From positions 32,001 to 96,000 of IMG/VR virus record IMGVR_UViG_3300027976_000006: 64,000 nt of DNA. One strand, written 5' to 3'. The position numbers and the translations under genes were made by a program. Origin of the DNA: a virus. The notes beneath the pieces are model-generated. The model saw only the letters and a list, made by a program, of their open reading frames with translations. It did not search any database and was not told the DNA's origin. Each line of letters starts with the position of its first letter. Positions within the stretch are counted from its first letter, which is position 1. Of this stretch, positions 58,105 to 64,000 are shown one piece after another.

Positions 58105-60384
58105 GTGCAAATCGCTTCATTTAAAAAGGATTCTACTTCACAAAAGCGTAATGGTCTAACAGTCAAAAAGCGAAACGGCAAAGTGGTAAATTTTGATCAA
58201 GCTCGCATTTATACCGCATTACATCGATGTTTAGTAAGTGAGTTAAAGTATGATGAGGCTGAGGCGGTGCGCATTAGCAAAATGGTTGGTGAGCAGGTAT
58301 ACAATATCGTGGGTAGCGACAATAAGATAGTTGGTGTCGAAGAGATACAAAATTTAGTTGAAACTCAATTGATGGCTAATGGGCTGTACCTTGTGGCCAA
58401 ACAATATATTCTCTTTAGAGAAGTAAAGAGACAGCAACGAGAAAACGCACCATTACCCGAGGCAGTTGTTGCCGCATTTCAAGAGAATGACACTTATTTT
58501 AGTAATGAATTACAGAAGTTTCAAGCTTTGGACAAGTTTGCACGCTTTGTGCCAGAGCTAGGGCGGAGGGAGACTTGGCCTGAAACAGTAGACCGAGTTA
58601 ATCAATTTTTTCAAGCACATTGTAAGCGTGAAAATTATACTGTAACTGACGAAGAGTGGGAAAACCTTAAACAAGGTCTTTTGCGTCTAGAGTCTGCACC
58701 TTCCATGCGCTGCGTGCAGATGGCTGGACCTGCGCTAGAGAGATGCCATGTCGGTGTGTATAATTGCTCGTTCCAAATATTACAAGATACAACGGACATG
58801 GCTGAAGAACTGTATGTCTTAATGCAGGGCACAGGTGTTGGTTTTTCAGTGGAAGAAGAATTTAGCGTAGAAAAGTTTCCGCGCGTTAAGCGACAAAAGA
58901 AGCACAGTGAGCTTCTTACCTATGTGATCGAGGACAGCACTGAAGGTTGGTGTGATGCCTACAAGGCAGGGCTAGATGCGTGGTGGGCCGGTGAAGATAT
59001 TCATTTTGATTACAGCCGGATACGGGCGAAAGGCACGCCACTTAAGATTAAGGGGGGGAGGGCGTCGGGTCCTGGGCCATTAAAGGATTTACTGGAGTTT
59101 GCCAAGGCAAGAATTACGGCAAGGCAGGGGCGTTATCTCTCTAGTCTAGACCTACATGACATTAATTGTTTTGCCCATAGGATTGTGCGGATGGGAGGGG
59201 TGCGCAGAGCGAGTGGCATCTCGTTGTCAGATTTACAAGACCGAGAAATGCGTGATTGCAAGCAGCAAGGTTTTTGGACCACCAACGAGCAGCGCAATCA
59301 GGCTAACAATTCAGCCGTATATAACGAAAAACCGGATCAGCTGGTGTGGATGGAGGAGTGGTTATCTATAGCTAACTCGGGGACAGGAGAACGGGGTATT
59401 TTCAATAGGGGCGGGTTAAAGAATCAATTCCCTAAACGGCGTAAGCATCAGGGCCATTTTTTCGGGACCAACCCCTGCGGAGAGATTATTTTAAGGCACA
59501 AACAATTTTGTAACTTGTCTATTGCCGTTATTCGCACTACGGATTCGTACGAAGACATCGCACGAAAAGTAGAATTAGCTACAATTTGGGGGACATTGCA
59601 AGCCACTATGACTCGCTTTAATTACATAGGTGAAGAATGGAAAAAGAATAGCGAGGAAGAACGATTACTAGGAGTAGATTTGCTTGGTTTTCTTGATCAT
59701 CCGCTATTTCAGGATAACGCAAAAGCTGGTGTAATCCTGGCTAAATTGTTATGTTTAGTCAATGAAGTTAACGCCAAATGGTCGGCTCGTTTGGGTATTA
59801 ACATCTCTGCTGCTACTACATGTATTAAGCCGTCAGGGGATAGTAGCGTGTTCTTTAACACAGCAGCCGGGTTTAAAGGGCATCACGGAAAGTGGTACGT
59901 TAGACGCGTTAGAGCAAACACCACTAACCCTGTGGCACAGATGCTAAAAGATGAAGGCGTACCTTGCCTCGACGATTACGATGGCAGCGGTTTGGTATTG
60001 GAGTTTCCTATGCAGGCACCCGAAGGTGGTGTGTTGTTAGAAACGCAAACAGTTTTGAGCCAGCTAGAGAAATGGAAAACGTTTAAGCTGCATTGGACCG
60101 AGCACAATCCTAGTGTCACGATATATATTCGTCCTTCCGAGTGGCTGGACGCGGGCAAATGGGTTTACGATAACTGGGATATTGTTGGAGGTTTAAGCTT
60201 CCTGCCTTACGACGGGGGTATATACCATTTAGCCCCGTATGAAGCAATTTCGGAGGAGGAGTACGATCGCAGGGTTGCGGCTATGCCTACGATCAACTGG
60301 GCTAAGCTGATTCGTTACGAGAAATCAGATATGACTGATTTGCACCAGCAGACGGCCTGCACGGGTGGGGCTTGCGCTGTTTAA
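58105..60384 (+). CDS. nrdJ: Class II (B12-dependent) ribonucleotide reductase with ATP cone
   Basis: VKKRNG cone, YNC, GTGVG, TNPCGEI, CIKPSG, EHNPS, C-terminal CTGGAC. Confidence 0.92.
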   Translation: MQIASFKKDSTSQKRNGLTVKKRNGKVVNFDQARIYTALHRCLVSELKYDEAEAVRISKMVGEQVYNIVGSDNKIVGVEEIQNLVETQLMANGLYLVAKQYILFREVKRQQRENAPLPEAVVAAFQENDTYFSNELQKFQALDKFARFVPELGRRETWPETVDRVNQFFQAHCKRENYTVTDEEWENLKQGLLRLESAPSMRCVQMAGPALERCHVGVYNCSFQILQDTTDMAEELYVLMQGTGVGFSVEEEFSVEKFPRVKRQKKHSELLTYVIEDSTEGWCDAYKAGLDAWWAGEDIHFDYSRIRAKGTPLKIKGGRASGPGPLKDLLEFAKARITARQGRYLSSLDLHDINCFAHRIVRMGGVRRASGISLSDLQDREMRDCKQQGFWTTNEQRNQANNSAVYNEKPDQLVWMEEWLSIANSGTGERGIFNRGGLKNQFPKRRKHQGHFFGTNPCGEIILRHKQFCNLSIAVIRTTDSYEDIARKVELATIWGTLQATMTRFNYIGEEWKKNSEEERLLGVDLLGFLDHPLFQDNAKAGVILAKLLCLVNEVNAKWSARLGINISAATTCIKPSGDSSVFFNTAAGFKGHHGKWYVRRVRANTTNPVAQMLKDEGVPCLDDYDGSGLVLEFPMQAPEGGVLLETQTVLSQLEKWKTFKLHWTEHNPSVTIYIRPSEWLDAGKWVYDNWDIVGGLSFLPYDGGIYHLAPYEAISEEEYDRRVAAMPTINWAKLIRYEKSDMTDLHQQTACTGGACAV

Positions 60385-60474
60385 GCTCAGCTTAGTCTAG
60401 CTATGCGTGGCATAAATCAAGTAAGATAGTCAGGTGTATGCCGTTTTGGAATATGACTTTGCACCCGTAACTTA

Positions 60475-61590
60475 ATGGATGAGACTGTGGTACACGCTAG
60501 CGAGCTACCTAACTTAAATGTCGAACAAACTCTAGACTTAGGGCTGTACGCTGATTTTCCGGGCACTATTGACTATCTGGCAGAAAAATGTGCATCGCCC
60601 GCTAGGTACATTCGACGGATAATCTCGCCGCTGTATACAAAAACGGATATAGGTATTTATTGGAATCCCGCAGTTGAAAAAGCCGGAATGTATGTTCGAC
60701 CGGTATTTAATCAAGAAGAGTTTGGCTGGTGTTTGCAACTTTTGACGGAAAAGCTTGGGGCGGAGCATGTGCAAACGGAGCCACTTACCCCTTATGCCTT
60801 GCAAGATTGGTGGGTAAAGGTGGCTTATTCTCCGACGCTTAGACGTTTGGGTGAATTAGCTCAATTTTTTCCCAGTAAAGATATTCCTGGTTTTGGTGGT
60901 CGTCCTATTGCAACTATGGTTGCTAGCGGTCTTTTGGGAGCAGGGCTTGGATATGGAGCTGGTTATTTAGGTGAGAAGATATTACCAAATAGTTTGCAAA
61001 CAAAAGGTACATTGCGTAAACGGCTGGCTTTGATGGGCGGGGCAGGTGGTGCTTTAATGGGGACAATACCGGGTTTAGTCAATTGGCACGATGGCCGAGA
61101 TTTTAATGACCCTGCGCTTTGGCAAGGTGGGCCAGAAGATGGGTTTGAATCTGATATCCCTACTTCTGCCAAATATAAAGAAGCCGTTGCACATTTTATT
61201 GAAAAACAAGCTGAAGCGGAGTTCGGCACTATAGGTGGTCCGTCTTTTACTGAAATGCCACTAATACGAACAAATGAGTTGGGCCAAGTGCTGTGGGGAA
61301 CAAATGCTAGTCCTCAAACTACCGCCATGACTATGGGAGCGGTTTACGGGGCGGGGCAAATGTCTGATCCTAATGCGAGCCCAGGTATAGTAACACCACA
61401 CCAAGTTGGATTGTTTGGGATGGCGATGGGGGCGGCAGGTGGCGGGATTAAAGGCTATATTACAGGGCGTACAATCGGGTATGGTCTAGGTCTATTGACT
61501 GGAATGCCCGCAGGAACACAGAATACATTAGGGCAAACCGGGGCAACCCTAGGTGTGATTAACAGTTTAGTGCCTCGACTTTTTAACTAA
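60475..61590 (+). CDS. Putative virion protein with glycine zippers
   Basis: EKCAS, KVAY, EKQAE; GxxxG helices. Confidence 0.65.
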   Translation: MDETVVHASELPNLNVEQTLDLGLYADFPGTIDYLAEKCASPARYIRRIISPLYTKTDIGIYWNPAVEKAGMYVRPVFNQEEFGWCLQLLTEKLGAEHVQTEPLTPYALQDWWVKVAYSPTLRRLGELAQFFPSKDIPGFGGRPIATMVASGLLGAGLGYGAGYLGEKILPNSLQTKGTLRKRLALMGGAGGALMGTIPGLVNWHDGRDFNDPALWQGGPEDGFESDIPTSAKYKEAVAHFIEKQAEAEFGTIGGPSFTEMPLIRTNELGQVLWGTNASPQTTAMTMGAVYGAGQMSDPNASPGIVTPHQVGLFGMAMGAAGGGIKGYITGRTIGYGLGLLTGMPAGTQNTLGQTGATLGVINSLVPRLFN

Positions 61591-61602
61591 GGAGATAGTA
61601 TT

Positions 61603-62031
61603 ATGTCCGTACAAGATCAACTAGACCAAGCTGTGCTTGCACTAACGACGCATTACAAGGAATACACAGCAGATGGAAAATTAACTTACAAAGAAGTGCT
61701 TTCGTTGCTATGCAACGGGGCTGCTACCCTTATTCGAGTAGTGGAGATATTTGGGGGAGGTAGCCGTGAAGACAACAAAAAGTTAGTGTTAGGCGGGCTT
61801 AGCACATTTTACGATAATGTAATTGCCCCAATAGACATTGTTGGCATCCCGAATATCATTGAGCCTGCGGTAGACGCGTCCATAAAATCGCTATTACTTG
61901 TTACGGTGGAGGGGGCTGCTGATTCATTATTCAATGTATTTGAAAAGATGGGTTGGTTGCACGCAGCTACACCACAAGCTCTGCGGTTAATGGGCGCAAC
62001 CGCTAAAGCGCAACCTGTTATGCTTTTTTAA
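61603..62031 (+). CDS. Hypothetical protein
   Basis: AAGGAG RBS. Confidence 0.75.
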   Translation: MSVQDQLDQAVLALTTHYKEYTADGKLTYKEVLSLLCNGAATLIRVVEIFGGGSREDNKKLVLGGLSTFYDNVIAPIDIVGIPNIIEPAVDASIKSLLLVTVEGAADSLFNVFEKMGWLHAATPQALRLMGATAKAQPVMLF

Positions 62032-62045
62032 ATTCTAGATTTTAA
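62028..62045. promoter_or_regulatory. Palindromic motif variant TTAAATTCTAGATTTTAA
   Basis: 8 nt before ATG 62054. Confidence 0.55.
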
Positions 62046-62053
62046 GGTTTGCT

Positions 62054-62452
62054 ATGACTATATTACTTGGGATGGATCATGGAGTTGTTTTTTTTGGCCC
62101 ACGGGCTAACCCAAAAGCGGTACGCTGGTGGGCAGAACGTGGACAACTGCATTGGGAGGATTCCCGCGACAATGCTTATGGCACGGTTGCGTTGCGGGAA
62201 TTCCTTCTGCGTTTACAAGGTATCAATGATATGGTATCTAATGGGCGTACTAAAGAAAATGAAGGGTTTATGCACGCAGACGAATTGGAACGTCATATGA
62301 GATTTATTGAACAAGCATTAGGATTAGTGCACAAGGCAAAAGAACAAGGTGCACCGGATGACCCTGTGGCACAGAGGCATAAGGCGATGAGTCTGCCAGT
62401 TACAGTGGCTATGCCATCGTGTTTGACTAACGATAAAAAGGCTGAACTCTAG
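62054..62452 (+). CDS. Hypothetical protein
   Basis: 132 aa. Confidence 0.7.
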   Translation: MTILLGMDHGVVFFGPRANPKAVRWWAERGQLHWEDSRDNAYGTVALREFLLRLQGINDMVSNGRTKENEGFMHADELERHMRFIEQALGLVHKAKEQGAPDDPVAQRHKAMSLPVTVAMPSCLTNDKKAEL

Positions 62453-62463
62453 GAGGTTATACA

Positions 62464-62874
62464 ATGCAGGTACAGGAAGCATTTAAAATTGGTTTCTTGT
62501 CTAGATGTGTCGAAGAAGGTTTAAGCTCAGAGAACACACACAAGCTGGCTAAGATGGCTGCGACCTTATTTGAAAAGGAAGCGCTTATTAACGTTAGTCC
62601 GACGGGAGAGGCGCGTAACGCTGTTGGGATACTGAGAGATGTCGCCCCTTACCTGCTGGCTGGTTTGGCTGTCCCTCCTGCGCTCGGCGGGGCTGCGGCC
62701 TATCTGTCTAACACGGCGATGGAAACCGGTGGTGGGGCTGCCCACGGTGTTGAAAATGTTAAACGGGAAGAGTTGCAGACAACTTACGACAGGCTTACAG
62801 CTCAGCTGCAAAGACAGAAAGAATTACGAGATTACAAGTCAAAGCGTAAAAGCACTGGACGAGTTTTTCTATAG
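62464..62874 (+). CDS. Putative virion membrane-type protein
   Basis: AFKIGFL..C, KMAA, EKEA then hydrophobic helix. Confidence 0.65.
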   Translation: MQVQEAFKIGFLSRCVEEGLSSENTHKLAKMAATLFEKEALINVSPTGEARNAVGILRDVAPYLLAGLAVPPALGGAAAYLSNTAMETGGGAAHGVENVKREELQTTYDRLTAQLQRQKELRDYKSKRKSTGRVFL

Positions 62875-62889
62875 GGTGAAGGAATAAAA

Positions 62890-63264
62890 ATGGCTACTAG
62901 TTTAATAAAGTTCGCAAGTCAAAAAGAAGGAAACGAGCGTGGTCGCTTGTTTTGGGACCGGGCAGACGTCGATGGTTTGCCTTTTCGAGGGCACCAAGCC
63001 CCGGCATACCGTAACGAGGAATATGAAGATAGACTTGTACGCATAGCCGATCCAAAAAATGCGACTTTCTACACAGGGGATCCTGTACAAAATCAAGCGT
63101 ATTTAAAAGTTATGGATGGCGTGTCAAACTCGTGGTACCAGCTCTCCTTTATCGAGCGTTGGCGTGAAGTTAAAGATATACATCATTACATCTACGTAGA
63201 ATGGCTCGAATACTTTTTAGAAGACGGTAATCCTTGTTTAATTCCTTCTCCATCTGCTCTATAG
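62890..63264 (+). CDS. Hypothetical protein
   Basis: 124 aa; KFAS near N-terminus. Confidence 0.7.
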   Translation: MATSLIKFASQKEGNERGRLFWDRADVDGLPFRGHQAPAYRNEEYEDRLVRIADPKNATFYTGDPVQNQAYLKVMDGVSNSWYQLSFIERWREVKDIHHYIYVEWLEYFLEDGNPCLIPSPSAL

Positions 63265-63274
63265 GGATACTCAC

Positions 63275-64000
63275 ATGAATAAGACAAATGCACAAAAATT
63301 ATTAAAACGAATTCGAGCCGAAAAATCTGCTGAGTTAGGTGATTCACTTGGTGACACACTTAGGCAGCAGGTCAATCAGCAAATGCAAAATGATGCAATT
63401 AAAACCATTCTTAAAACAGTAGCATTGTCTGCCGGAGCGGGTGCTGCATTCCGCGGAGCTATGGGATTTTCCGACTTCTCACAAGTTAGTAAAAAAGGGC
63501 CACGAGTAGTTGAAATGCCGGTAATATACCCTAAAGAAAAAGACAAAACCTTGCCGAAACCAGAGAAAACCGCAATAGATTCTAACGCTAGAGCAACTGC
63601 TCCGCATGGTTTGGACTATTATTTGCCTAGTTTACTTGTGGGGGCGCCGCTAGCCGCTTACGGTGGGTGGAAAGGCGTAGACTTTATTTTAAGTAACGCA
63701 CGAGAGCAAGAAAGTAAAGCAAAGCTTGAAGCTTCTAAAAAGAAATACGAAGAAGCACTGCTTGGTTCGTACAAAACAGCAACTGACGGTTATTTAGATC
63801 GTGCGTTTGTTGGATATGCTCAAAAAGTTGCGTTTGACCCAATTGGGGCTACATCTGCTGCATTCAATTCTACTTTTCCAAACGCTTCTGGGCTTGGTAA
63901 AGGTTTGGCTTTAACTTATCTGCTAGCGAGTGTTCCTGCTGGGTATTTTCTAGTAAATAAGGCTATGAAGAAAAATAGCAGGAATAAAATACTGGAAGAG
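63275..64000 (+). CDS. Putative virion protein, truncated by window end
   Basis: Manual translation MNKTNAQKLLKRIRAEKSAE... open to the end; EKSA, EKTA, KTAT, KVAF. Confidence 0.7.
   Translation, partial: MNKTNAQKLLKRIRAEKSAELGDSLGDTLRQQVNQQMQNDAIKTILKTVALSAGAGAAFRGAMGFSDFSQVSKKGPRVVEMPVIYPKEKDKTLPKPEKTAIDSNARATAPHGLDYYLPSLLVGAPLAAYGGWKGVDFILSNAREQESKAKLEASKKKYEEALLGSYKTATDGYLDRAFVGYAQKVAFDPIGATSAAFNSTFPNASGLGKGLALTYLLASVPAGYFLVNKAMKKNSRNKILEE

Noticed and set aside
1-64000. Stop-codon reassignment
   Set aside because: Long conserved genes are intact and TAA, TAG and TGA all terminate genes

Overview
The window reads as part of a large (jumbo-type) dsDNA bacteriophage genome, almost entirely + strand, with intact ORFs in the standard code. 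All family calls are from motif recognition by eye; no searches were run. Layout: (1) 1-7.9 kb accessory region with a tandem array of translationally coupled Ser/Trp/Arg/Gly mini-ORFs, a stand-alone RNA polymerase alpha-CTD, and a 1.35-kb segment bounded by 76-bp inverted repeats carrying 28-bp perfect palindromes; (2) 7.9-30 kb replication/recombination block (SbcD, SbcC, SF2 helicase, DnaB-like helicase, primase, UDG-fused PolA, acidic SSB-like protein, RecA-like, DnaQ-like exonuclease, Holliday junction resolvase); (3) 33.8-43.3 kb probable portal, glycosyl/sulfo/methyl-transferases, tubulin/FtsZ, ACP and a CxxCH protein; (4) 43.9-64 kb Gly/Ala-rich putative virion proteins punctuated by (E)K-x-A motifs, plus HNH, HEXXH peptidase, a His-less 2H protein, CsrA, SET and class II RNR. 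Best candidate for a new system: an IS110/Nop-like gene, a stand-alone Cas7/RAMP-like gene and a structured intergenic RNA, placed between SbcCD and the helicase with no CRISPR array or other cas gene in view. Also notable: a probable K-x-A leader/processing code on virion cargo, four further structured intergenic RNA candidates, and an 18-bp palindrome recurring just upstream of gene starts. Host is unknown.
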